From: an uncultured Coriobacteriaceae bacterium
Lineage (GTDB): Bacteria > Actinomycetota > Coriobacteriia > Coriobacteriales > CADBOM01
Direction: 5' to 3'
DNA length: 43,590 bases
NCBI GenBank assembly: GCA_902796325.1
Contig: CADBOM010000195.1
Location: 1 to 43,590 of the forward strand
Of the stretch, positions 35,765-43,590 are shown piece by piece. The stretch's first letter is position 1. Each line of letters begins with the position of its first letter. The notes under the pieces were generated by a model that was not told the DNA's origin, searched no databases, and saw only the letters and a list, made by a program, of their open reading frames with translations. The translations under genes were made by a program, and so were the position numbers.

Positions 35765-36649
35765 ATGTTCAACGACTCATCGAAAAACCAGCGCAAAGGC
35801 AGTTTCGAGGGCGGTTCCAATGCGGACAAGTCCAAAATGCCGCGTTGGGCCAGCATCCTAATATTCCTCGTTGTCTTGATCGGCGGTTGGCAGATTTCTG
35901 CCATGCTGGTTGGAGCTTCGTATATCTTGCCAACTCCAGTGGAGGTATTGGTTCGGGCGGGAGAGCTTGTAGTTACCGCAGACTTTTGGGCATCGGTTGG
36001 AATGTCGGTTCTCAGAATCTTCGCGGGATTCGCCCTCGGCATGATCATCGGCATAATCCTTGCCATAATAATGCACTCCATGCCAAGGGTGCGAAGCGTG
36101 TTCGCCCCGTTCATAAAGATAATTCGCACAACCCCGATCGTGTGCTTCATCCTTCTCGCACTCCTGTGGGTTAGCAACGCCCTCATTCCCACCTTCATGG
36201 TTGCCCTCATGGTCATGCCGGTTGCCTGGACCAACACGATAGAGGGGCTGGATGCCGCCTCGGAAAGATACCGCGATGTGATTTGCGCCTACCGCATCAC
36301 CCTCTCCACCGCTCTGCTCAAGATCTACATGCCCGCGATATCCGTGCAACTGCTTTCCGCGGCGGGAGTGGGCATGGGCCTTGCATGGAAATCCGGTGTG
36401 ACGGCAGAGGTTCTCTCATTGCCCGCTTTTGCAATCGGAACCAACGTGTACCAGGCAAAGATGGTGCTGGATGCACCCGACATCTTCGTATGGACCATCG
36501 CCATCATCCTTATCAGCCTTGTCTTGGAATATGTCATCAGGAGAATTTCTGATAACGTCTCGAGCGAGCGTGCTTCAGACACTGCCCCCGCAACAGCTGG
36601 CGCAAATTATGGGGTTGACGGGCCATCCGATGGGCAGGTGAGTGCATGA
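35765..36649 (+). CDS. NitT/TauT-family ABC transporter permease
   Basis: ILPTPVEV, SVLRIFAGF, IRTTPIV, GLAWKSGVTAEVL; about 6 TM segments. Confidence 0.9.
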   Translation: MFNDSSKNQRKGSFEGGSNADKSKMPRWASILIFLVVLIGGWQISAMLVGASYILPTPVEVLVRAGELVVTADFWASVGMSVLRIFAGFALGMIIGIILAIIMHSMPRVRSVFAPFIKIIRTTPIVCFILLALLWVSNALIPTFMVALMVMPVAWTNTIEGLDAASERYRDVICAYRITLSTALLKIYMPAISVQLLSAAGVGMGLAWKSGVTAEVLSLPAFAIGTNVYQAKMVLDAPDIFVWTIAIILISLVLEYVIRRISDNVSSERASDTAPATAGANYGVDGPSDGQVSA

Positions 36650-37230
36650 GGCTATCGAATGTAACTCGCAGGTATGGGGAGAAGACGGTGCTCGCTGGAT
36701 TCTCTCTCAAGATTCCCGATAACGGGATCACGGCCATCATGGGGCCATCTGGTTGCGGGAAAACCACCATCATGCGCTTGCTGGCCCAGCTTGACCAGCC
36801 CGATGAGGGGACGGTCTATGGCGTTCCCAAGAACAAGGCGGTGCTATTCGAGGACGACCAGCTCTTTCCTTGGATGGATGTTCTTGGAAACATCATGCTC
36901 ACTTGCCCAGATGAGGGATTGGCAGTCCGCATGTTAGGGTGGCTTGGGCTTGCAAACGAGATTCACGCGAAGCTCGGCCAGATTTCGGGAGGACAGCGCA
37001 GAAGGGTTGCCATTGCCAGGGCTCTCACGTTCCCAGCCGACCTCCTCCTGCTGGACGAGCCAACGCAGAGGCTGGATTTTGCCACTGCATCGTCTGTGAT
37101 GCAGCTGGTTAGGCAAGCGTGGGCCGACAAGCCGGTTGTGGTGATCACGCACGACCATGAGATAGCCGGAATGTGCGACTATCTGGTGAACCTGCATCCA
37201 GACTCCAATGGCATTTGCCGGTTGGTGTAG
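36646..37230 (+). CDS. ABC transporter ATP-binding protein
   Basis: Walker A GPSGCGKT, signature ISGGQ, Walker B LLLLDEP, ITH; ATGA overlap with the permease. Confidence 0.92.
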   Translation: MRLSNVTRRYGEKTVLAGFSLKIPDNGITAIMGPSGCGKTTIMRLLAQLDQPDEGTVYGVPKNKAVLFEDDQLFPWMDVLGNIMLTCPDEGLAVRMLGWLGLANEIHAKLGQISGGQRRRVAIARALTFPADLLLLDEPTQRLDFATASSVMQLVRQAWADKPVVVITHDHEIAGMCDYLVNLHPDSNGICRLV

Positions 37231-37493
37231 AGTTCGGAAGACTCGGGCGTCCGGGCGTTAGCTCGTCTTGGGCAACACCGCGTTCGAGACTGCGGCGTGC
37301 CCTGTGCAAAAACATGTCCTTTGTGCCGAATTTCCGGGCAATTCTTCCCTAATGTCCTTATCAATATGCACTGCAGGTGATAGGATTTTTCATTGAGTCC
37401 GAATTCGTACTTAATTCTTTCGATATGTTGTTGAGCTGACCGGCTCATATGCTGCTTTCGAGCAAATCGAAAAAGCGTATCTATGGGACTTTG

Positions 37494-37511
37494 ATAGGTC
37501 AGTCGATCTAT
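37494..37511. promoter_or_regulatory. Putative MarR operator ATAGGTC-N4-GATCTAT
   Basis: Imperfect inverted repeat (6/7 match) 120 nt upstream of the marR-like gene. Confidence 0.4.
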
Positions 37512-37520
37512 ATGTCGTGA

Positions 37521-37556
37521 GATGCCCGTGAAGATGCCCGTGAAGACGCCCGGAGG
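37521..37556. repeat. 12-bp tandem repeat GATGCCCGTGAA, 3 copies
   Basis: GATGCCCGTGAA, GATGCCCGTGAA, GACGCCCGGAGG. Confidence 0.75.
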
Positions 37557-37631
37557 CTCGGGATTTATCTTTGGATTTAGACGCTCGAGGCGATTCGACT
37601 CGATAACTGCAAGCAAGCGTGAGGGCTACGA

Positions 37632-38150
37632 ATGGAAAATTTGGGTCGGGAACGACTGGATAACCTCAACCATCTGCTGAGCGAATACAACTCCCTGTAC
37701 GCATTAACCGCAAGGCGGATGGGTATATCGCAGAGTACGTTCGATATCCTTTATGCGCTAACCGGAGAAGATGGAATCACGCAAAAGCAGATCTGCGACA
37801 TGACGTATTCGAGCAAGCAAACCATCAACTCGTCGGTGCGAAACATGGTGGCCGATGGACTCGTGGCTATGAAGCCTGGCAGGGGCCGCGAGGTCCATGT
37901 ATTTCTCACCGATAAGGGTAGGGAATTGGCTGGGCGGACCGTTGAGAGAGTGATGGCAGCGGAGCAGAGGGCTCTTGAAGCGATGACGCAGCAGCAATCG
38001 GATATCGTTTACGGCTTGCTGAGGCAGAATGTGCAGATGCTGCGGGAAGAGCTCGATGGGATATTCGAAGAAGGCAACGCAGAGGGCGAGCACTGCAGCG
38101 CAGGCAGCGAGCGCAGCAGTGCAGAAAGCGCCGATAACAAGCACGTATAG
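37632..38150 (+). CDS. MarR-family transcriptional regulator
   Basis: FDILYAL, ITQKQIC, SKQTINSSVRNM, wing REVHVFLTDKGRELA; upstream of an efflux gene. Confidence 0.9.
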   Translation: MENLGRERLDNLNHLLSEYNSLYALTARRMGISQSTFDILYALTGEDGITQKQICDMTYSSKQTINSSVRNMVADGLVAMKPGRGREVHVFLTDKGRELAGRTVERVMAAEQRALEAMTQQQSDIVYGLLRQNVQMLREELDGIFEEGNAEGEHCSAGSERSSAESADNKHV

Positions 38151-38238
38151 CATGGCTGGCGAGCGGCAAGCTTTGCGGTGCTTGCAAGCTTCGCGGTTGC
38201 CGCACACAGTGCAGACGGCAAGTTAGGAAGGAAGATCA

Positions 38239-39639
38239 ATGGCACAAGCGACCGACATGTCGCAGCATTTCACGGCAGGGCATCTGGTTAAATATTCGAT
38301 TCCGTCGATTTGCATGATGATCTTTATGTCCATCTACAGTGTGGTTGATGGATTATTCGTATCGAACTTCGCGGGATCCACCGCATTCGCTGCCGTGAAT
38401 CTCATAATGCCTTTCATCATGGTGTTGGGCACCGTGGGTACCATGATTGGTAGCGGAGGTGCTGCCATTGTTGGAAAGATAAGAGGCGAGGGCGACGCAG
38501 TTGGAGCTAACAAAGCATTCTCGCTGTTTGTCTTCACCTCTCTTATCGTGGGCATCATCTGCGGAATCGTCGGATTTGCCGTGATGCGCCCGGTGGCCTA
38601 TGCCCTCGGAGGCAGGGGAGAGCTACTCGATATCTGTGTTCTCTACGGATCGATCTGCATGATATCGGTTCCGTTCTTCATCTTGCAGTTCGCCTTCCAA
38701 ACGCTGTTCATCACAGCCGGGAAGCCAAAGCTCGGGTTTGCAGTTACCGTCGTATGCGGGTGCGCGAACATCGTGCTTGACGCTTTGCTTGTAGGTTTCC
38801 TGGGATTCGGTGTGGTAGGAGCAGCTATCGCGACAGTCACCAGCGAGACGATAGGCGGTGTCGTTCCGATTATCTACTTTGCCATGAAGTCGAATACAAG
38901 CCATCTTCACCTGGTGCGTCCACATCTCGATTGGAGGATGCTGGGAAAGGCTTGCGTAAACGGATCGTCCGAAATGGTTGCCAACATTGCCGTTTCCGTT
39001 GTGAACATGCTCTACAACATCCAGCTACTGGCATACATCGGTGCAGATGGAGTAGCCGCATACGGCGTGATAATGTACGTGTTCATGATCTATGCTGCCA
39101 TATTCATGGGGTATAGCCTTGCCGTTCAGCCACTCATAAGCTTTCAGTATGGTGCGCAGAACAAGGTTGAGGTTAACAGCCTCCTGCACAAGGGCGTGGG
39201 CTTCATGCTGGGTGCCGGAGTGCTCATGCTCATAGCTGCAGAGGCATCTGCTTATGGTGTTTCGTACATATTTGTTGGATACGATCCAGGGCTGCTCGAT
39301 CTCACGGTGTATGGATTCAGGATTTATTCCATCGCGTTCGTTCTAATGGGCGTGAACATGTTTACATCGGGATTCTTCACTGCATTGAACAACGGCAAGA
39401 TCTCTGCCATTGTCTCGTTCCTTCGCACCCTGGTATTCGAGGTTATATCTGTATTGCTGCTGCCAACGATCTTTGGAATCGACGGCATCTGGTTCTCCGT
39501 CGTGGTAGCCGAGATTGCAGCCCTTGCTGTGAACTTCACGATGCTTGCCACGCACGCGAAGCGCTACGGGTACAACGTCAAATTCTGGCCGAAATCCAAG
39601 TCGAGGGCTGTCGTCAGCGCATCTGATGACAGCGAATAG
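38239..39639 (+). CDS. MATE-family efflux transporter
   Basis: IYSVVDGLFVSN, FAAVNL, NIVLD..L..., GAAIAT, GVAAYG, GIDGIW; about 12 TM segments. Confidence 0.93.
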   Translation: MAQATDMSQHFTAGHLVKYSIPSICMMIFMSIYSVVDGLFVSNFAGSTAFAAVNLIMPFIMVLGTVGTMIGSGGAAIVGKIRGEGDAVGANKAFSLFVFTSLIVGIICGIVGFAVMRPVAYALGGRGELLDICVLYGSICMISVPFFILQFAFQTLFITAGKPKLGFAVTVVCGCANIVLDALLVGFLGFGVVGAAIATVTSETIGGVVPIIYFAMKSNTSHLHLVRPHLDWRMLGKACVNGSSEMVANIAVSVVNMLYNIQLLAYIGADGVAAYGVIMYVFMIYAAIFMGYSLAVQPLISFQYGAQNKVEVNSLLHKGVGFMLGAGVLMLIAAEASAYGVSYIFVGYDPGLLDLTVYGFRIYSIAFVLMGVNMFTSGFFTALNNGKISAIVSFLRTLVFEVISVLLLPTIFGIDGIWFSVVVAEIAALAVNFTMLATHAKRYGYNVKFWPKSKSRAVVSASDDSE

Positions 39640-39648
39640 GACAAGCTA

Positions 39649-40780
39649 GTGACTGGTTCTCCCAATGACAATTACCTAGGTCGGGACATTCCCAAGCTCG
39701 GGTTTGGCTTGATGAGGCTTCCAAAGAAGGGGATCTTCACCGACACCAAGCAGGTGGAGAAGATGGTGGATGCCTTCATGGGAGCGGGCTTCACTTACTT
39801 CGACACCGCATATGTGTACCCAGGCTCGGAGCAAGCCATTCGCAAGACCCTGGTTAAGCGCTATCCGCGAGAGAGCTTCCAGCTTGCAACCAAGCTAAAC
39901 GCTTGGATGGTTCCCAACGCGCAGATGGCCAAAGCCCAGTTCTACACAAGCCTACGGCGCACGGGAGCAGGGTATTTTGACTATTACCTGCTGCATGCTC
40001 TTATGAAGAGCAACTACAAGATATACGACAGGCGGGGCATCTGGGAGTTCGTGCAACAGAAGAAGGAAGAGGGGCTGATCAAGCACATCGGGTTCTCGTT
40101 CCATTCCGACCACGAGCTGCTGGACCAAATTCTCACAGACCATCCCGAAGCTGAATTCGTGCAGTTGCAGCTCAACTATGCGGATTGGGAGAGTAGCAGG
40201 GTGGAGTCTCGCGCCAATTACGAGGTGGCGCTCGCATGGCAAATCGATTGTTGTGATGGAGCCCCTGAAGGGCGGGAAGCTTGCTAATCCTCCGAAGAAA
40301 GTTCGCGAGATACTCGATTCGTATGGTGCTTCGAAATCAAGCTACGCCTCTTGGGGCATTAGGTTCGTGGCTGGACTGGATGGGATCATCACGGTCCTCT
40401 CCGGAATGTCCAACATGGGCCAGATGCTCGACAACATAAGCTATATGCGCGATTTCAAGCCGCTTAACGCTGCGGAACACGAGATTATCAGGCAGGCACA
40501 GGCAGCCATGAGTGGAAGCAACATCATCCCCTGCACCAATTGCCACTACTGCATGCCCGGATGTCCCAAGGACATTAAGATCCCGGATATCCTTGATGCC
40601 ATGAACATGCGGATTGGCGATGGCCTTATAGAAGAGTCTCAGGCGGCTTATAACAGGGCTGTGGCCAAGCACGGATGTGCGAGCGACTGCATAGAGTGCG
40701 GCCAGTGCGAGCGGGCATGCACGCAGGGGATCGAAGTCATGAGCCTGCTCAAGGATTGCGCGGAGACCTTCGAAAAGTAG
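39649..40780 (+). pseudogene. Aldo/keto reductase with C-terminal Fe-S domain, split by a frameshift near 40230
   Basis: Frame 1: LGFGLMRLP, YFDTAYVY, DYYLLHAL, HIGFSFH, FVQLQLNY...YEVA. Frame 2 continues (R)SHGKSIVVMEPLKGG, VLSGMS, CTNCHYCMPGCP, CIECGQCERAC. May be a sequencing error. Confidence 0.85.
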
Positions 40781-40832
40781 GGGCCCGGGCAAGATGGGAT
40801 ACGGGTGACGAGCTCTCCCACTAGAAGAATGC

Positions 40833-40942
40833 TCCTAGCAAAGTATCCCCAGCAAGATGTCCCCAGCAAGATGTCCCCAGCAAAATACCACCAACAAAAA
40901 ATATCCCCAGCAAAATAACCCCAACAAAAAATATCCCCAGTG
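40833..40942. repeat. 14/16-bp tandem repeat (TCCCCAGCAARAT), about 8 units
   Basis: TCCCCAGCAAGATG x2, then (TCCCCAGCAAAATA + MCMCCAACAAAAAATA) x2, then TCCCCAGTG. Confidence 0.9.
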
Positions 40943-40970
40943 CCTCTCAGACGAGAAACACTGGGGATTT
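40926..40970 (-). terminator. Putative intrinsic terminator of metF
   Basis: ATCCCCAGTG (40933-40942) / CACTGGGGAT (40959-40968) with inner TCTC/GAGA; T-run follows on the minus strand. Confidence 0.65.
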
Positions 40971-41043
40971 GATTGCTTGGCTATGCTGCCATGCTGGCAA
41001 TGCCATGCCTGGCTAGTGCGACGGGCGCTGCGAATGCCGCGGA

Positions 41044-41973
41044 TTAGATGATGTCGCGGATTCCGGAATCCTTCACCAGGGTCATGACATCCTCGGCCTT
41101 GTTCAGCGAGTAGATGTGCAGACCGTCGATGTCGAGCAGACGATAGCGGTCGATGGCGCCGATGGTGTACTCGATTCCAGCCTTGCGGAAATCGTCGAGC
41201 TTGCGCTTGATGGCGTCCTCTTCCTCGGTGGGTGCAAACGGGTTGGGGAAGATCCAGTACTTGGTGAGCAGCCTTGCAAGGTCGCGCGGGATAACGCTTC
41301 CGTTGCGGGACAGCGACTGCGTGATCACAGCGGTGGGGCTGAGGACTGGCATGATTCCCACGTCGATTGGCATGGTGATGCCGGCGCGCCTGATGAGCTC
41401 CAGCCAGCGCTCGAACTGGGTGAGGTCCCAGCACAGCTGCGTCATGATGTAATCTGCGCCCATATCCTGCTTCTGCTTGAGATAGGTGATGTCTGCTCGC
41501 AGGCTGCGGCTTGCGATGTGGCCCTCGGGCGATCCGCTGACTGCAATCGTGAACTTATCGCCATATTCCTGGCGAATGAACTTCACAAGCTCGGTTGCGT
41601 AGTGAAGGTCGCCGTTGGTTCCGGTCCATCCATAGGGGAGGTCGCCACGGAGTGCCAGAACGTGATCGATGCCATTGTCAAGATAGGTCTGGAGCTGCTG
41701 CTTCATGCCCTCCTTGGTATTGCCGATGCAGGTGAAGTGGGTCATCGGAATGGTCTTGCCACTTGCCTTGATGGCCTTGAGAACCTCTAGGTTAAGACCG
41801 ACGTTGGTTCCACCGGCTCCGTATGTGCAGGAGATGTAATCGGGCTCCATCTGATAGAGGTCGTCAAGAACGCCGCCCTCTTTGGTTAGCTTTTCCATTC
41901 CGTCTGGGGTCTTGGGAGGGAACACCTCGAATGAGAACAGCATCCTGTTCTTCATGATGTCGGTGACTTTCAC
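41044..41973 (-). CDS. metF: Methylenetetrahydrofolate reductase
   Basis: FSFEVFPPK, ISCTYGAGG, HFTC, LALRGD, PEGH, GADYIMTQL, GLHIYSLN. Start GTG 41973 after AAGGAG. Confidence 0.94.
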   Translation of the reverse strand: MKVTDIMKNRMLFSFEVFPPKTPDGMEKLTKEGGVLDDLYQMEPDYISCTYGAGGTNVGLNLEVLKAIKASGKTIPMTHFTCIGNTKEGMKQQLQTYLDNGIDHVLALRGDLPYGWTGTNGDLHYATELVKFIRQEYGDKFTIAVSGSPEGHIASRSLRADITYLKQKQDMGADYIMTQLCWDLTQFERWLELIRRAGITMPIDVGIMPVLSPTAVITQSLSRNGSVIPRDLARLLTKYWIFPNPFAPTEEEDAIKRKLDDFRKAGIEYTIGAIDRYRLLDIDGLHIYSLNKAEDVMTLVKDSGIRDII

Positions 41974-42257
41974 GCTATCAACTCCTTGTTTGATTTCTCT
42001 GTTTCCCTTGGCGCCTACGTTTGAAATGTGGCTGTATGTGGAGTTATCCACTTCAAACTTTTAACGATAAACGCAAGACTCTGCAAATATATCAAGGAGT
42101 AGGTATTGCCCCGTGAATGAACCGGCAAGTTGAATATATAAGCCGTAAACGTTCAAAATTTATAGAATTTTATTGAAATGTAGTGAAATATGGTAGTTCG
42201 ATTTAGTGAAACATAAAATATTAGTCACTGATAAGGAAACGAAAAGTTGCAAAATGG

Positions 42258-42307
42258 AAAGCCCGCTGCTGGCATGTGCCAATGACATGCATCCAGAAGC
42301 GGGCTTT
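42258..42307 (-). terminator. Putative terminator of the flavoprotein gene
   Basis: AAAGCCCGCT / AGCGGGCTTT outer stem with inner CTGG/CCAG and CATGT/ACATG. Confidence 0.65.
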
Positions 42308-42332
42308 GTGAATTCGGATCTGTTCCTTGGGA

Positions 42333-42875
42333 CTAGAACTTATCCGCCAGCGCTGCAGCGCGTTCGCAGCCATCCGTCTGCTCAATCGCGCCCTCGCCGC
42401 CAACTCCAGGGACCAACACGTTGCCCACGAAGTTCCATCCCATGAGCTTGCCACCGCGCTCGAAAGGTCCAACAGCGTGATCGAACACCGTCATGTCCTT
42501 TTCCTCGCAGCAGGAGAGGATTGACACTTTCTTGCCCTTAACGTCTTTGTGACCTACTGCAAAGCTGAAGATGTTGTCGAGAATGCACTTGGTCTGCCCT
42601 GGCATCGTGTACCAGTAAACCGGGAACGCGAACACCCATCCGTCGGCTTCCAGAAGGTCGTCGGCGATGCCATTGAAGTCGTCGTCGTAACAGCATGCCT
42701 TGCCCGTGGAATAGCATTTCATGCAGCCGTGGCAGCCGTTGAGATTCATGTTCGTGGCGTTGTAGACCACGACCTCGTTGCCCTTCGCCTCGGCCGCTTC
42801 CTTGAATGCTTGCGCCATCGCATTGCTGTTGCTGTTCTTGCGTGAGCTTCCCTCGATAACCACTATCTTTCCCAT
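42333..42875 (-). CDS. Flavodoxin-like iron-sulfur flavoprotein / NAD(P)H-dependent FMN reductase family
   Basis: GSSRKNSNS FMN loop, CHGCMKC....ACC Cys motif, DDF, FPVYWY. Confidence 0.88.
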   Translation of the reverse strand: MGKIVVIEGSSRKNSNSNAMAQAFKEAAEAKGNEVVVYNATNMNLNGCHGCMKCYSTGKACCYDDDFNGIADDLLEADGWVFAFPVYWYTMPGQTKCILDNIFSFAVGHKDVKGKKVSILSCCEEKDMTVFDHAVGPFERGGKLMGWNFVGNVLVPGVGGEGAIEQTDGCERAAALADKF

Positions 42876-43057
42876 AGCTTCTCCTTGTTCATATACGAGG
42901 CAATCGAGTTGTCCTGCCTGCAGGGATCTACCTCATTTGGTCTCCTCCGGATCATGCTCTCCAAAGGGGGCTCCTCTTCGCCAACAAGTATACCGGCTAT
43001 GGCCAATCGGTTTGCCAGATGGATATTTGCATTATTGGTATTTAAGATATTGGCCCG

Positions 43058-43294
43058 TTGAAGGCATTGGGGAAGGAAGTCAATTTCATAAGACATGCCG
43101 ATACCTATAAGCTCGTTGTTCTCGTGAATAAGAAGTTCGATGCAGGCTGGGCGATGAATGCGGTAGGACATTCGTGCGCGAATTTGTTTGCCCTTGTTCC
43201 GGATGAACTTCGAGTGAAGATGAACTTCATAGGCTTCACCGACAAGGACAGAGCTGTCCATCGCAGCATTTCCGGGCTTTTGTCCTGGCATTAA
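43058..43294 (+). pseudogene. Truncated DUF2000-like gene remnant
   Basis: KLVVLVNKKFDAGWAMNAVGH...MNFIGFTDKDRAVHRSIS resembles the N-terminal half of DUF2000 proteins; ends early and has no clear start. Confidence 0.5.
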
Positions 43295-43505
43295 GCTTGT
43301 CTTATCGCCGTTTGCTGCGAAGCGCATAAACTGCAGCCATGACAGTCGTTGGTGTCCCCGTGCTCGCACTATCCCAGAGATCCGGTTGCACATAGCTGGC
43401 AGCGCTGTCATATGAGTGGTGCCAACTTTTGGTGAATCCGTATAATGCCAACTTATAGCATCAAATGCATAGCGCCAAATAATGATTAGTTATCTTCGGT
43501 GGCGT

Positions 43506-43577
43506 AACTTTTCCCAGTTTGTGCGGGTCGAGAGCCCCAGATATGGCTTTTCGCTTAAACTTTCCCCGTTTGTGCGC
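43506..43577. repeat. Pair of about 20-bp direct repeats at the window end
   Basis: AACTTTTCCCAGTTTGTGCG (43506) and AACTTTCCCCGTTTGTGCG (43558). Confidence 0.55.
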
Positions 43578-43590
43578 GGCGAGCGACCGG

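Noticed and set aside
40833-40942. Possible CRISPR array
   Set aside because: Units are 14-16 bp and adjacent, with no unique spacers and no cas genes in the window.
42044-42052. DnaA-box-like TTATCCACT in an AT-rich spacer (possible oriC)
   Set aside because: A single imperfect box, with no cluster and no dnaA or other origin-linked genes nearby.
41974-42257. SAM or THF riboswitch upstream of metF
   Set aside because: No consensus elements were recognised on the minus strand; the GAGTAG resembling a THF riboswitch start is on the wrong strand. An Rfam scan would be decisive.
42863-43411. 182-aa minus-strand ORF upstream of the flavoprotein gene
   Set aside because: No recognisable motif or RBS; the opposite strand carries the DUF2000-like similarity.

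Overview
GC-rich bacterial chromosomal window, most likely Coriobacteriia (Actinomycetota). This is an inference from the absence of ftsA, the presence of sepF/divIVA, an FtsZ tail ending DYIPDFLKR and a meso-DAP-type MurE. Left end: a minus-strand DUF3866-like gene coupled to a Xer-type tyrosine recombinase that runs off the window. 2.5-26.4 kb: a complete division/cell-wall cluster (mraZ rsmH ftsL ftsI murE murF mraY murD ftsW murG murC murB ftsQ nnrD ftsZ pgeF yggS sepF proC yggT divIVA), followed by a convergent RNase P RNA gene. 27.3-43.6 kb: an accessory anaerobic-metabolism region containing DUF169, a radical SAM/J-domain/MoaF-like operon, a tandem-cupin protein with a Cys-rich tail, a UroD/MtaA-family methyltransferase, a NitT/TauT ABC importer, MarR-MATE, a frameshifted Fe-S aldo/keto reductase, metF, an Fe-S flavoprotein and a DUF2000-like remnant. 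Most notable unexplained features: a second, inverted array of MraZ-box-like RTGGGA repeats facing the DUF3866-xer operon; long, oppositely charged low-complexity tails on FtsI, FtsQ and SepF; a different imperfect minisatellite in most long spacers; and a candidate methyl-transfer/C1 module of largely uncharacterised genes. No tRNA, rRNA, CRISPR array or transposase was seen. All family assignments are from motif recognition by eye, not database searches.
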